A stretch of DNA of 64,000 nucleotides from Rebecca billardiae RCC1528 (GCA_965240325.2 OZ260671.1:1-64000); one strand, 5' to 3'; shown: positions 1-11,944, counted from the first letter of the stretch. Numbers and translations: made by a program. Notes: generated by a model from the sequence alone, not told the origin.

Positions 1-428
1 CCTGAAGTGATTTGTACACCTTGGAAACCACCCCCAACGTCACCGTTTAGGATTTCTTGACCTACAATAGGCCAAACAATTTGCGCACTTGGTTTAATAC
101 CAGTAGGATTTGATAACCAAGCTGAGTAGTTCGAAAAACGTGCTCCGTGGAAATAAGCTCCACTAATCCAAAGGAATATGATTGAAAGTTGCCCAAAGTG
201 AGCACTGAAGATCTTTCTAGAAACATCTTCTAGTGAGTTTGTTTGTGCATCAAAATCGTGAGCATCCGCGTGTAAATTCCAAATCCAAGTAGTTGTTTTT
301 GGACCTTTTGCTAGAGAGCGTGAAAAATGTCCAGGTTGCCCCCATTTTTGGAAAGAAGTTACAACAGGATTTTCCTCTGTGGAAACTTTGACTGTTTTAA
401 CGTCTTGCTCAGTTGAGCTAAATATCAT
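1..428 (-). CDS. psaA: Photosystem I P700 apoprotein A1, 5' part (runs off window start)
   Basis: Manual translation from ATG at 428: [60 protein letters not shown], the PsaA N-terminus; GGAG upstream. Confidence 0.97.
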   Translation of the reverse strand, partial: MIFSSTEQDVKTVKVSTEENPVVTSFQKWGQPGHFSRSLAKGPKTTTWIWNLHADAHDFDAQTNSLEDVSRKIFSAHFGQLSIIFLWISGAYFHGARFSNYSAWLSNPTGIKPSAQIVWPIVGQEILNGDVGGGFQGVQITS

Positions 429-785
429 TGATATTCTCCCATCTAAAGATAAATAAATAAAATCTTCTAATCTAGTTTAATTTAAAAGATAACAAGTAAA
501 TAGTTACTTTAATTATACTAGATAATCTAACTTAATTTTATTAACACGCATACTTAATTTTAAATTCGAAAATAATTACTTTTCCTTATTTAAAAATTTT
601 TCTTTCGTGCTAAAGTTTTTTTTATGTATAAATAAGTTTTCAAGAAGATTTTCTGTACTTTTTTATATCATAGTAATATTTATTGTAGCTATTTATTTCA
701 TTAAATTTTCTTTTTCAAAAAACAAATATTTTTTCTTTTAAGTTGAGATTTTTTCAATTTTCTATTAGAATAAAATCATATTTAA

Positions 786-857
786 GCGGGTATAGCTCAG
801 TGGTAGAGCATAACCTTGCCAAGGTTGGTGCCGCGCGTTCGAATCGCGTTACCCGCT
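786..857 (+). tRNA. trnG: tRNA-Gly(GCC)
   Basis: GCGGGTA/TACCCGC acceptor, anticodon arm AACC-TTGCCAA-GGTT, TTCGAAT T-loop. Confidence 0.95.
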
Positions 858-920
858 TTTATTGCATTATTGAGAAATAGTTCTATCTAAATAGAAATTA
901 ATTCCTCCTTTAGTTTTTAT

Positions 921-992
921 TTGGGATACTAGGATTTGAACCTAGGAATAACGGAGTCAAAGTCCGCTGCCTTACCGCTTGGCGATACCCCA
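921..992 (-). tRNA. trnQ: tRNA-Gln(UUG)
   Basis: Minus strand TGGGGTATCGCCAAGCGGTAAGGC...CTTTGAC...GGTTCAAATCC. Confidence 0.95.
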
Positions 993-1053
993 ATTTAGAT
1001 TATAAATATATGATAGTACGAAACTTAAAAGTTTTCAAGCTTTTTATAAAAAA

Positions 1054-1090
1054 AAAAAGGCCCGTTATCTTAAAGATAACGGACCTTTTT
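1054..1090. terminator. Stem-loop 3' of psbA
   Basis: AAAAAGG-C-CCGTTATCT-taa-AGATAACGG-A-CCTTTTT inverted repeat flanked by A/T tracts. Confidence 0.75.
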
Positions 1091-1126
1091 AGCTTTTCAG
1101 ATTCAGGTAAAAACCTTAATCCCTAA

Positions 1127-2209
1127 TTACGCAGCGATAGCTGGAGCAACTAGAGCAACTGGCATAGACTCAGCAGAAGCTAGATCTAGTGGGAAGTTGT
1201 GAGCGTTACGCTCGTGCATTACTTCCATACCAAGGTTTGAACGGTTTAGTACGTCAGCCCAAGTGTTGATTACACGACCTTGTGAATCAATTACTGATTG
1301 GTTGAAGTTGAATCCGTTTAGGTTGAACGCCATTGTAGAAACACCTAGTGCAGTTAACCAAATTCCTAGTACTGGCCATAGACCAAGGAAGAAGTGAAGA
1401 GCACGAGAGTTGTTGAATGAAGCGTATTGGAAGATTAGACGACCAAAGTAACCGTGTGCAGCTACAATGTTGTAAGTCTCTTCTTCTTGACCGAACTTGT
1501 ATCCGTAGTTAGCTGATTCGTTCTCAGTAGTCTCACGAATTAGTGAAGAAGTTACAAGAGAACCGTGCATAGCAGAGAATAGAGATCCACCGAATACACC
1601 AGCAACACCAGCCATGTGGAATGGGTGCATTAGGATGTTGTGCTCAGCTTGGAATACAAGCATGAAGTTGAAAGTACCAGAGATACCTAGAGGCATACCA
1701 TCAGAGAAAGAACCTTGTCCGATTGGGTAAACGATGAATACTGCAGCAGCAGCAGCTACAGGAGCTGAGAATGCAACACAGATCCAAGGACGCATACCTA
1801 GACGGTAAGAAAGTTCCCACTCACGTCCGATGTAAGCACATACTCCGATGAAGAAGTGGAATACTACAAGTTGGTAAGGACCACCGTTGTATAGCCACTC
1901 ATCAAGTGAAGCAGCTTCCCAGATTGGGTAGAAGTGAACACCGATAGCGTTTGATGAAGGTACTACAGCACCAGAAATGATGTTGTTTCCGTAAAGAAGA
2001 GATCCAGCAACTGGCTCACGAATACCATCGATATCAACTGGAGGTGCAGCGATGAAAGCGATGATGTAGCAAGAGATTGCAGTAAGTAGAGTAGGGATCA
2101 TAAGACATCCGAACCATCCGATGTATAGACGGTTGTCAGTAGAAGTGATCCATGAGCAGAATTGCTCCCAGAAGCTTACGTTAGTACGACGTTGTAGAGT
2201 TGTAGTCAT
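1127..2209 (-). CDS. psbA: Photosystem II D1 protein
   Basis: 360 aa canonical D1 (HNFPLDLA) with the longer cyanobacterial/red-type C-terminal extension. Confidence 0.99.
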   Translation of the reverse strand: MTTTLQRRTNVSFWEQFCSWITSTDNRLYIGWFGCLMIPTLLTAISCYIIAFIAAPPVDIDGIREPVAGSLLYGNNIISGAVVPSSNAIGVHFYPIWEAASLDEWLYNGGPYQLVVFHFFIGVCAYIGREWELSYRLGMRPWICVAFSAPVAAAAAVFIVYPIGQGSFSDGMPLGISGTFNFMLVFQAEHNILMHPFHMAGVAGVFGGSLFSAMHGSLVTSSLIRETTENESANYGYKFGQEEETYNIVAAHGYFGRLIFQYASFNNSRALHFFLGLWPVLGIWLTALGVSTMAFNLNGFNFNQSVIDSQGRVINTWADVLNRSNLGMEVMHERNAHNFPLDLASAESMPVALVAPAIAA

Positions 2210-2465
2210 TTTTATTTTTTCCTTTATTTTTTTTATAAATTTTTATTTTTCTTTCCAGACATCTTGTCTGTTAATTTTGATTATGGTGTGTTCAACAATA
2301 AAAATCTATAACTTTTTTATTCTATAAAAGTAACTTTAAAGTAAAGCGCGTTTTTTCCCATAAAATAAACCATAATTTTAAATTTCTGCTCCCTGTTAAT
2401 GTTTTTTTATTGACTAAAAATTTATTTTCGCTTATCATTTATTCCTAATAGTTATATGTTTCTTA

Positions 2466-2538
2466 GGGCTCATCGTCTAAGGGATTAGGACAGAGACCTT
2501 CTAAGTCTCTAATGTAGGTTCGAATCCTACTGAGCCTG
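2466..2538 (+). tRNA. trnR: tRNA-Arg(UCU)
   Basis: GGGCTCA/TGAGCCT acceptor, GAGAC-CTTCTAA-GTCTC anticodon arm. Confidence 0.95.
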
Positions 2539-2601
2539 TTTATACTTTTCCTTATTTTTAAAAAACTTAGATTAAAATTGATATTTAACCTAAGTTTTTT
2601 A

Positions 2602-3663
2602 CTATTTTTCTATTTCGAACACTTCTTCAAAAACACCTTTTACTTTATCACCAGAGTCAATTGATTCTAAAGGGTCTTTTCTTAGTCTGTGTCTTAAACA
2701 AAGTGTAATTACTTGAGCAATATCATCAACAGTTACTTCTGTGCGGCCGTTAAAAGCTGCTGCAGTTTTTGATGCTCTGTTTACAACAATGTCACCTCGT
2801 AGACCATCTACATCTAGTTCAGAGCATACTTGTGAAATTTTGATACGTAGATCGTCATCAATTGTTACCTTTGGTAATAATTCTTTTGCATTTAGAATTT
2901 TATTACGTAACTCTTGTTGTTTCTCTTCATAAGTCTTTAAACACTCTTCTGGATTTGCATCAAAATCGATTCTTTGTTGCACAATCTCAACTCTTAGCTT
3001 AGGGTCAAGTATTGTTCTAATTTCGGCGTGCATTCCAAATCTATCTAATAGTTGTGGTCTTAATTCCCCCTCTTCCGGGTTTCCTGACCCAACTAATACA
3101 AATTGTGCGGGGTGTTTAATTGAAATACCTTCACGTTCAACTGTGTTCCAACCTGAGGCAGCAGAGTCTAAAAGTACATCTACTAGGTGGTCGTCTAAAA
3201 GGTTTACCTCATCTACGTATAAAAGCCCTCGGTTTGCCTTTGCTAAAAGCCCTGGCTCGAATGATTTTACACCTTCTGTTAATGCCTTTTCGATGTCAAT
3301 TGTTCCACATACACGGTCTTCTGTTGCACCTAGTGGTAAATCGATCATCGGAACTTGCTTTTTCGATGCAGATAGTGATTCACCCTTCTCAAACATTTCA
3401 CGCACAGAATCACTCATATATTCAGGGTCTGTTGGTGATGAGTTAAATGGATCATCTGAAACAACATCGATGTCTGGTAGAATATCAACAAGTGCACGAA
3501 TCGTTGTCGATTTTCCAGTACCTCGATCTCCCATAATCATTACACCACCAATTTTGGGGTCAATAACGTTTAAAATCAAAGCTAATTTCATTTCACTTTG
3601 ACCAATAATTCCTGTAAAAGGATAAACACGTCGCTTCTCTTTTTTCTGAGCAGTTTCTACCAT
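2602..3663 (-). CDS. chlI: Mg-protoporphyrin chelatase subunit I
   Basis: YPFTGIIGQ, GDRGTGKST Walker A, LYVDEVNLL, ELRPQLLDRFG. Confidence 0.98.
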   Translation of the reverse strand: MVETAQKKEKRRVYPFTGIIGQSEMKLALILNVIDPKIGGVMIMGDRGTGKSTTIRALVDILPDIDVVSDDPFNSSPTDPEYMSDSVREMFEKGESLSASKKQVPMIDLPLGATEDRVCGTIDIEKALTEGVKSFEPGLLAKANRGLLYVDEVNLLDDHLVDVLLDSAASGWNTVEREGISIKHPAQFVLVGSGNPEEGELRPQLLDRFGMHAEIRTILDPKLRVEIVQQRIDFDANPEECLKTYEEKQQELRNKILNAKELLPKVTIDDDLRIKISQVCSELDVDGLRGDIVVNRASKTAAAFNGRTEVTVDDIAQVITLCLRHRLRKDPLESIDSGDKVKGVFEEVFEIEK

Positions 3664-3714
3664 AGTTACTAATTTTTTTAATACTTATTTTAGGCTTACT
3701 TTGCGTTTAATTCT

Positions 3715-3807
3715 TTAGTTTTGAACTTTTAAAAGAACAAACCCAACCGCTAAACCTATTAAAGTAATAGAAAACATTGTGGCTGCCACTTCAAAAATTT
3801 CGTTCAT
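3715..3807 (-). CDS. petM: Cytochrome b6f subunit PetM
   Basis: Manual translation MNEIFEVAATMFSITLIGLAVGFVLLKVQN; GGAG RBS; adjacent to petN. Confidence 0.9.
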   Translation of the reverse strand: MNEIFEVAATMFSITLIGLAVGFVLLKVQN

Positions 3808-3853
3808 TTTTTCTCCTGCTCTTTAGCTTTTTATATTGAATTTATTTAATATA

Positions 3854-3943
3854 TTAGAAACCGTTTCTTCCCCAAACAACTAATGCTAAAGAAATACTAA
3901 ACATAGCCATTAAAGATGACCAACCTAATGTTAAAATATCCAT
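3854..3943 (-). CDS. petN: Cytochrome b6f subunit PetN
   Basis: Manual translation [29 protein letters not shown]. Confidence 0.96.
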   Translation of the reverse strand: MDILTLGWSSLMAMFSISLALVVWGRNGF

Positions 3944-4054
3944 CTGATTCCCTTAATAATCAAAAATTAACCTAATTATAACTAAATAATAGGCTCGTTT
4001 TTCATTTTATCATTAATTTTTGTTTAATACTGCCTTATTTTTGTTTATATTTCT

Positions 4055-4142
4055 AGGAGAGAAGGGGATTCGAACCCCTGGTACAAATAAATTGTACGTC
4101 AGATTAGCAATCTGAAGCTTTCAACCACTCAGCCACCTCTCC
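4055..4142 (-). tRNA. trnS: tRNA-Ser(GCU)
   Basis: GGAGAGG acceptor, TCAGA-TTGCTAA-TCTGA anticodon arm, long variable arm. Confidence 0.95.
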
Positions 4143-4212
4143 AAAAATTTTAAATCTACTAAATTCTATTCTACCAATTATTTCATTGAGTAAGTACCCT
4201 GAAATAAAATAC

Positions 4213-4428
4213 TTATTGGTATTGGATGAATAAATATACAGTTAACAAGATAAAAATTAAAAATAAAAAAATTATAATTTTATCAATCCTCTTTTCTGCA
4301 TCCTCTTCTTTGTATTGAGATTCTTGAATTATTGCACCAACACTTTCTACATTCGGTTCTCGCAATATTATTATACCGATTAAGACGGTAGATACAATAA
4401 TCCAAATTATTGTAGAAATATTTTTCAT
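4213..4428 (-). CDS. secG: Probable preprotein translocase SecG (ycf47)
   Basis: 71 aa, two hydrophobic helices, ILREP..AEKRIDKI pattern like plastid Ycf47; near petN/petM as in red algae. Confidence 0.75.
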   Translation of the reverse strand: MKNISTIIWIIVSTVLIGIIILREPNVESVGAIIQESQYKEEDAEKRIDKIIIFLFLIFILLTVYLFIQYQ

Positions 4429-4455
4429 TTGCCCATGATAAAAAGTTTCTAATAT

Positions 4456-4758
4456 TTACCAGCTTGACTTTGTAACACCCGGTAATAAACCTTCATGCGC
4501 CATTTCACGTAGAACATGTCGAGATAAACCAAAATCGCGATAGTAAGATCTACTTCTTCCAGTTACCCAGCAACGGTTACGCACACGAACTTTTAAACTA
4601 TTTCGTGGTAACTTCTCTAACTTAGCGCTTATTGCAAATTTCTCATCGATATCGCTTGCCGTTTTTAGTTGTTGACGTAAGTCACTTCTTAGAGAGGCGT
4701 ATTTTTTTGAGAGATTTATACGTTTTTTCTCTCGTTCGATCATATTTTTTTTTGCCAT
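4456..4758 (-). CDS. rps14: 30S ribosomal protein S14
   Basis: [13 protein letters not shown]...[11 protein letters not shown]...[11 protein letters not shown]. Confidence 0.98.
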   Translation of the reverse strand: MAKKNMIEREKKRINLSKKYASLRSDLRQQLKTASDIDEKFAISAKLEKLPRNSLKVRVRNRCWVTGRSRSYYRDFGLSRHVLREMAHEGLLPGVTKSSW

Positions 4759-4776
4759 ATTTTTGTCCTTTGAGTA

Positions 4777-5709
4777 TTAAAAAATAGGAGCTTCACTCGC
4801 TTGTTTTATATTTAATTCTTTTAATTTCTTTAACATCACGCTAAAGTATTCTTTTAAAAAAGATTCTAGTGTGTTAAAGTTCTGTTCTCCTGGGGCGCTT
4901 GGATAATCTTCATCTGTAACTTCGCTATTCAAGTCAACCAATGTTAACTGTTCGGCTAGTGACCAAGACCATAGCGATAGGCGGAAAAAAGAAGCTAAGG
5001 CTTGTAATATACCATTTGGTGTATATAATATTTTTGCTGTTTGCCCTGAAAACTTTTCGCATAGCTTTATTATCTCTTGAGGGCTCCATTTTTCATTCGT
5101 TAACAAAGGTATTCTTTTATTTTCAAATGACTCAGATGATAAATTTTCTACAATACTTGTTGCAATGTCTTGGGCATCAATATACATCATTTTCTTTTCA
5201 GCCTTTGGAACGACAATTGTTTGTTTATCAAGAATAGAAACTGCATATTGGCTAATAACACCTTGAAATAAACTAGGTAAATAGAAAATAGTGTAGCCTA
5301 TACCTGAATCTATTAGTTCCTTCTCAAACCTTAACTTCAGCTCCATTAACGGTATAGATTCTTTCTTATGACCATTTAGAATTGATAAGAAAATGTATTT
5401 CTTTATTTTTGCAATTTTTGCTACTTCGAGTAAATTTTTCTTTCCTACCCAATCAATTTTCTCTAACGTTAAGAATTCGTATGGGCGTGTTGTTGAAGCA
5501 TCAATAATACAAGTTACACCTTTTAATGCATTTGGTAAACTTTGTGCTATCGATAAGTCACCATAGGCAATTTCAGCTCCCCATTCTTTTAGAAAGCTCG
5601 CTTTTCTTAAATTCCTAACAAGGCATTTCACTTTATAGCCTCGTCCAAGAGCCGTTTTAGCGATTTGTCTTCCTATAGTTCCTGTAGCTCCAATAATAAG
5701 TAAGCTCAT
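4777..5709 (-). CDS. ycf39: Ycf39 (atypical SDR, PSII assembly factor)
   Basis: MSLLIIGATGTIGRQIA, VRNLRKASFLKEWGAE, YAVSILDKQ motifs. Confidence 0.93.
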   Translation of the reverse strand: MSLLIIGATGTIGRQIAKTALGRGYKVKCLVRNLRKASFLKEWGAEIAYGDLSIAQSLPNALKGVTCIIDASTTRPYEFLTLEKIDWVGKKNLLEVAKIAKIKKYIFLSILNGHKKESIPLMELKLRFEKELIDSGIGYTIFYLPSLFQGVISQYAVSILDKQTIVVPKAEKKMMYIDAQDIATSIVENLSSESFENKRIPLLTNEKWSPQEIIKLCEKFSGQTAKILYTPNGILQALASFFRLSLWSWSLAEQLTLVDLNSEVTDEDYPSAPGEQNFNTLESFLKEYFSVMLKKLKELNIKQASEAPIF

Positions 5710-5978
5710 ATTAGATTTTGATATTATAAATTAAGCTATTTTTGACCTAGTACGCTTTAAATAAAAAAAAGCCAGCTTTTGGCAATTTTTTAATGACTAC
5801 AATAAAATGCTAAAATGTAGTTTTTTATTTTATGGCTTTAAGATCTACTTTTTTTTGTAGGCTTTTGCTTTTTTAGACTAAAACTATAAATTACGTAACC
5901 TAAATTATGATTTTTTGATTTTATCAATAAATAGCTTATTAGCACAAATATAAATTTTTTGCTCTCTTTACTTTAGGC

Positions 5979-6779
5979 TTATGTACGTTGGCGTTTGAAG
6001 AATAACCTTTTTATCCAACTAGCTTCTAAATCTAAGAACGGTATGTTTTCACCTTGAATACGTTTGGCTATATCTTTTAAAGATTGTGATATTAATGATT
6101 TACCCTGGTCTCTTACTATTGGTTCACCTCGGTTCGTAGAAATAATAATATTTTTATCATCCGGAATAACCCCAATAATATTTGTTGATAGAATATCAAC
6201 AATATCGTCCACAGAAATCATGTTGTTTCTTTGAACCATTTCTGGTCTAACACGATTTATCACTAAGTTAATGTTCTCTTGCTTGATATTTTTTGATAGT
6301 AATAAACCAATTACTTTATCAGCGTCTCGGATTGATGCTAATTCTGGTGTGATTACAACTAGCGCTTCAGTTGCAGTTTTAATAGCTATCTTAAAACCTT
6401 CTTCAATTCCTGCTGGTGAGTCGATCAAAATGTAATCAAAATTAGGGCTTAGCTTTTTAGCGATACTTTCTATTTCTTCTTCACTAACTGTCCTTTCATC
6501 TTTACCTCGCGTTAGTGATAATAAAAGTAAATCCCCATCTGTCTGTTTATCACGGACTAATGTTTGCTCGATAGTACATTTTTCATCTAAAAAATCAAAA
6601 CAGTTAAACACAATACGATTTTCAAGCCCTAACATTAGGTCTAAATTTCTTAAACCTGTATCAGCATCTATCAGCAGAACTTTAGAACCTAACTCGCTTA
6701 AGCAAACTCCTAAATTAGCTGTGACCATTGTTTTACCAACTCCACCTTTACCAGAAGTAACTACTATAGTACGGGCCAT
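5979..6779 (-). CDS. minD: Septum site-determining ATPase MinD
   Basis: TSGKGGVGKT, DADTGLRNLDL, IDSPAGIE, STNRGEP, C-terminal amphipathic WIKRLF. Confidence 0.97.
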   Translation of the reverse strand: MARTIVVTSGKGGVGKTMVTANLGVCLSELGSKVLLIDADTGLRNLDLMLGLENRIVFNCFDFLDEKCTIEQTLVRDKQTDGDLLLLSLTRGKDERTVSEEEIESIAKKLSPNFDYILIDSPAGIEEGFKIAIKTATEALVVITPELASIRDADKVIGLLLSKNIKQENINLVINRVRPEMVQRNNMISVDDIVDILSTNIIGVIPDDKNIIISTNRGEPIVRDQGKSLISQSLKDIAKRIQGENIPFLDLEASWIKRLFFKRQRT

Positions 6780-6852
6780 ATATTTTGTTTTAACCTTTTT
6801 GGTGAATGTTGAAATTTATTTCATTTAAGTATAAAACAATACTTAATTTCGT

Positions 6853-7044
6853 TTATCCTTCACGTTTTACGTAAGGCATAAAAGATAAAGCACGAGCAAA
6901 TTTTACTTCACGTTGTAGTTTTCTCTGGTCTTGAACGTTAAATTTTGTAACGCGTCGGGGAAGGATTTTTCCTTGCTGTGTTGTGAATTTTTCTAGAGTA
7001 GTTACTTCTTTTTCAATATTACTTTTATCTATTTGAAAACTCAT
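6853..7044 (-). CDS. rps18: 30S ribosomal protein S18 (divergent)
   Basis: QGKILPRRVT...QRKL...ARAL..MPYV; follows rpl33. Confidence 0.9.
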   Translation of the reverse strand: MSFQIDKSNIEKEVTTLEKFTTQQGKILPRRVTKFNVQDQRKLQREVKFARALSFMPYVKREG

Positions 7045-7055
7045 ATCTATTTTTT

Positions 7056-7226
7056 TTATTTTATTTCTTTAAAAATCTCATGCTTCTTTGTAATAGGACA
7101 ATACTTTTTAAGTTCTAATCTATTAGGTGTGTTCTTTCGGTTTTTAGTGGTCGTATAACGGTATACACCTTCACTTGAGCGAAATTCTAGATTTACTACC
7201 ACTCGGGATGTTTTCTTTTTTGCCAT
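7056..7226 (-). CDS. rpl33: 50S ribosomal protein L33
   Basis: Manual translation [56 protein letters not shown]; rpl33-rps18 synteny. Confidence 0.95.
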   Translation of the reverse strand: MAKKKTSRVVVNLEFRSSEGVYRYTTTKNRKNTPNRLELKKYCPITKKHEIFKEIK

Positions 7227-7375
7227 TTTTTTAACTTTATTTTTTTATAAGGGATTGGCTTTGTTTTTTTTTTTCAAAATGTTTTTGTGATAGAATAATT
7301 ATAAACTAATAGCAGAAATTTTATCAAAAACTATTATTAAAATTCGATTTATTTATCGATAAAGGAGAAGTTTCG

Positions 7376-7495
7376 ATGACACCTTCGCTACAAGCATTAA
7401 TTAATAGTGTGCTTCTTGGTCTTTTCGTTGTAGTAATACCAATTAGCGCAGCTTTAATCTTCGTAAGCAACAAAGACAAAATTGTTCGTAACTAA
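7376..7495 (+). CDS. psbX: Photosystem II protein X
   Basis: Manual translation MTPSLQALINSVLLGLFVVVIPISAALIFVSNKDKIVRN; AAGGAG RBS. Confidence 0.95.
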   Translation: MTPSLQALINSVLLGLFVVVIPISAALIFVSNKDKIVRN

Positions 7496-7519
7496 AATTT
7501 GAGTCTATATTTCAATTTT

Positions 7520-7570
7520 ATTTCTTTCATTGAAACTATGCAACAGTGCTTAGGTCTTAATGAAAGAAAT
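7520..7570. terminator. Inverted repeat between convergent psbX and trnM
   Basis: ATTTCTTTCATT...AATGAAAGAAAT. Confidence 0.6.
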
Positions 7571-7589
7571 ATTTTTTTTTATTTATTAA

Positions 7590-7662
7590 TGGCTCAGGTG
7601 GGATTTGAACCTACGACCTTGGGCTTATGAGTCCCCTGCTCTAACCTCTGAGCTACTGAGCC
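7590..7662 (-). tRNA. trnM: tRNA-Met(CAU), elongator
   Basis: GGCTCAG/CTGAGCC acceptor, CTCATAA loop; matches the cyanobacterial elongator Met type. Confidence 0.88.
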
Positions 7663-7729
7663 TTTCTTTATGAAATGATTGTACTAAAACTTTAGGCGTT
7701 TTGTAAAGTAATAAAATTTTCATTTTTTT

Positions 7730-8098
7730 TTATAAATACAGCTTCGTTTCATTTTTTAAGCTTTTTATTTTTTTTGTGTCATCGTATAAAAGAAAATCTA
7801 ACGACTCTCTATTTGGATTTCTAATAACTTTATATAGACTATATAGAATTAATAAACCTAAAGTTTTCTTCTCATTAAAGTTTAATTCTTTGTCTTCATA
7901 TAAATAACTGAACTCATTTAATAAATATATTAATAATTTTTTATTTTTTCTTTCTATTAAAGATATTAAGTTTTTTTTGAAGTTTTCATTTGATAGCAAC
8001 TCTGTTACTTCATGTAATTTAAAGCTTTTCTTTCCCTTTTGTTGTTCTTTTTCTAAGATAATAAAAACACAAATTAACGCATCTTTTACTTTAATCAT
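7730..8098 (-). CDS. Hypothetical protein, 122 aa
   Basis: ATG-initiated ORF filling the trnM-chlL gap in a genome with otherwise short spacers; no confidently recognised family. Confidence 0.55.
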   Translation of the reverse strand: MIKVKDALICVFIILEKEQQKGKKSFKLHEVTELLSNENFKKNLISLIERKNKKLLIYLLNEFSYLYEDKELNFNEKKTLGLLILYSLYKVIRNPNRESLDFLLYDDTKKIKSLKNETKLYL

Positions 8099-8210
8099 TT
8101 ATTTTTTTATATTTTATATTTTTTTCTGTTAGAATAAAACATATATTTATCTAAATATTATATTTTTGGATAAAAAACTAATTAAATTTTTAATTTAGTG
8201 AGCTTTATTT

Positions 8211-9092
8211 ATGAAATTAGCTGTTTACGGCAAAGGCGGAATTGGTAAATCAACAACAAGTTGTAACATTTCCGTAGCTTTATCAAGTAGAGGAAAAAAA
8301 GTACTACAGATCGGTTGCGACCCTAAACACGATAGTACTTTTACTTTAACTGGTTTTTTAATTCCTACAATTATTGATACTCTTCAGTCTAAAGATTATC
8401 ATTACGAAGATGTTTGGCCAGAAGATGTTATTTATAAAGGTTATGCTGGTGTTGATTGCGTTGAAGCCGGCGGGCCACCAGCAGGTGCTGGCTGTGGTGG
8501 ATATGTTGTAGGTGAAACGGTTAAGTTACTACGAGAGTTAAACGCTTTTGACGAGTATGATGTTATTTTGTTTGATGTCCTAGGCGACGTAGTTTGTGGT
8601 GGTTTCGCAGCCCCTTTAAACTACGCTGATTATTGTGTAATTGTTACAGATAATGGATTTGATGCCTTATTTGCGGCTAACCGTATTTCAGCTTCAGTAA
8701 GAGAAAAAGCAAGAACGCATTCTTTACGATTAGCTGGGTTAATAGGTAACCGTACTTCGAAGCGTGATCTTATTGACAAATACGTTGAAGCAGTCCCAAT
8801 GCCTGTTTTAGAAGTTCTTCCTCTTATTGAAGATATTCGAGTTTCTCGAGTAAAAGGAAAAACTTTATTTGAGATGCAAGAAATAGATAACTCCCTAGGT
8901 TATGTTTGTGAATACTATTTAAATATTGCAGATCAGCTTATCGCTCAACCAGAAGGTGTGGTACCAAGAGAAGCTCCTGACCGTGAACTCTTCAGCTTAC
9001 TTTCTGACTTCTACCTTTCACCACCTGAAGAAAAAAATAATAATGCTAAGAGTGAAGAAGAGAGTAACGATATGGACCTACTGTTTGTTTAA
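8211..9092 (+). CDS. chlL: Light-independent protochlorophyllide reductase, Fe-S ATP-binding subunit L
   Basis: [12 protein letters not shown]-loop, [15 protein letters not shown] and DVVCGG cluster cysteines. Confidence 0.98.
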   Translation: MKLAVYGKGGIGKSTTSCNISVALSSRGKKVLQIGCDPKHDSTFTLTGFLIPTIIDTLQSKDYHYEDVWPEDVIYKGYAGVDCVEAGGPPAGAGCGGYVVGETVKLLRELNAFDEYDVILFDVLGDVVCGGFAAPLNYADYCVIVTDNGFDALFAANRISASVREKARTHSLRLAGLIGNRTSKRDLIDKYVEAVPMPVLEVLPLIEDIRVSRVKGKTLFEMQEIDNSLGYVCEYYLNIADQLIAQPEGVVPREAPDRELFSLLSDFYLSPPEEKNNNAKSEEESNDMDLLFV

Positions 9093-9095
9093 TAA

Positions 9096-10400
<1,305 letters not shown>

Positions 10401-10429
10401 AAAATTAACTTATTTTTCACTTAAAAACT

Positions 10430-11944
10430 ATGAAATTAGCTTATTGGATGTATATGGGCCCTGCCCACATCGGTACACTTAGAGTTTCTAGCTCTTTTAA
10501 AAATGTACATGCTATTATGCATGCTCCGCTAGGGGATGATTACTTTAATGTTATGCGTTCTATGCTTGAGCGCCAAAGGGACTTTACTCCTGTTACAACT
10601 AGTGTTGTAGATAGACACGTACTAGCTCGAGGCTCACAAGAAAAAGTAATAGACAATATTACTCGAAAAGACAGCGAAGAAAAGCCAGATCTAATTGTTT
10701 TAACTCCTACATGTACATCAAGCATTTTGCAAGAAGATTTAGAAAACTTTGTAAAGCGTGCTTCGCTTGAAGCAAAAGCGGATATTCTTCTTGCTGATGT
10801 TAACCATTACAGATTTAATGAGTGTGAAGCTGCCGATCGTACACTTAGCCAAATTATCGAGTATTATCTATCTGGTGTAAGTAAAGATAGTGTAGAAAAA
10901 ACTCCTAATCCTTCCGTAAACATTATTGGAAACCTAAGCTTAGGTTTCCATAACCAGCACGATATTGTTGAATTAAAAAAATTACTTTCTGAGATCGGTG
11001 TTGAAGTTAATTTAGTAATGCCTGAGGGGTCTTTTGTACACCAAATTTCTGAATTACCTCGTGCTTGGTTTAATATTGTCCCTTACCGAGAGCATGGTTT
11101 AATGGCTGCTAATTTCTTAAAAGACAATTATGATATGCCTTTTATTGACTTAGCACCTATGGGCGTTATCCAAACAACAGATTTTATAAGACAAATAGAG
11201 TCTATCTTAAATCAAAATGGTCAAAAAGTAGACTTAAGTTCTTATATTGACCACCAGGTTAAGTTTGTTTCTAACGCTGCTTGGTTCTCACGCTCGATAG
11301 ATTGCCAAAACTTAACTGGTAAAAGTGCAGTCGTTTTTGGTGATTCTACTCACGCTGCTGCAATGACTCGTATTCTTACTAAAGAAATGGGTATTAATGT
11401 TATTTGCGCTGGTACTTATTGTAAACATGATGCTGAGTGGTTTAGATCACAAGTTTCTTCATTATGTGAAGAAGTACTAGTTACTGATGATTATTCTTTA
11501 GTACAGGAAATGATTGAAAAAGTTTCCCCTGAAGCCATCTTCGGTACACAAATGGAGCGCCATATAGGTAAACGTTTAAATATCCCTTGTGGTGTTATTT
11601 CATCACCTATACATATACAAAACTTCCCATTAAGTTACCGACCTTTTTATGCCTTCGAAGGTAGCAATCAGATAACTGATTTAATCTACAACACGTTCAC
11701 TTTAGGAATGGAAGATCATTTATTAGAAGTCTTCGGTGGCCACGATATTGCAGAGATAACTGACTCTGCCGGAACCTCAGAATCTACAACTCTTAATTGG
11801 TCTAACGAAGCATTAGCTGAACTTAAAAGAATACCTGGTTTTGTTCGCGAAAAAGTTAGGCTTAATACAGAAGCTTATGCTACTAAAAAGAATGAAAATA
11901 CCATCTCTTTAGATCTAATGTATGAAGCAAAAGAGATGGCTTAA
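10430..11944 (+). CDS. chlB: Light-independent protochlorophyllide reductase subunit B
   Basis: [35 protein letters not shown]-terminal IPGFVR domain. Confidence 0.98.
   Translation: MKLAYWMYMGPAHIGTLRVSSSFKNVHAIMHAPLGDDYFNVMRSMLERQRDFTPVTTSVVDRHVLARGSQEKVIDNITRKDSEEKPDLIVLTPTCTSSILQEDLENFVKRASLEAKADILLADVNHYRFNECEAADRTLSQIIEYYLSGVSKDSVEKTPNPSVNIIGNLSLGFHNQHDIVELKKLLSEIGVEVNLVMPEGSFVHQISELPRAWFNIVPYREHGLMAANFLKDNYDMPFIDLAPMGVIQTTDFIRQIESILNQNGQKVDLSSYIDHQVKFVSNAAWFSRSIDCQNLTGKSAVVFGDSTHAAAMTRILTKEMGINVICAGTYCKHDAEWFRSQVSSLCEEVLVTDDYSLVQEMIEKVSPEAIFGTQMERHIGKRLNIPCGVISSPIHIQNFPLSYRPFYAFEGSNQITDLIYNTFTLGMEDHLLEVFGGHDIAEITDSAGTSESTTLNWSNEALAELKRIPGFVREKVRLNTEAYATKKNENTISLDLMYEAKEMA

Noticed and set aside
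7227-7589. Possible SRP RNA (ffs) near psbX
   Set aside because: No recognisable SRP helix 8 motif or long GC-containing hairpin; only an AT-rich terminator-like repeat.
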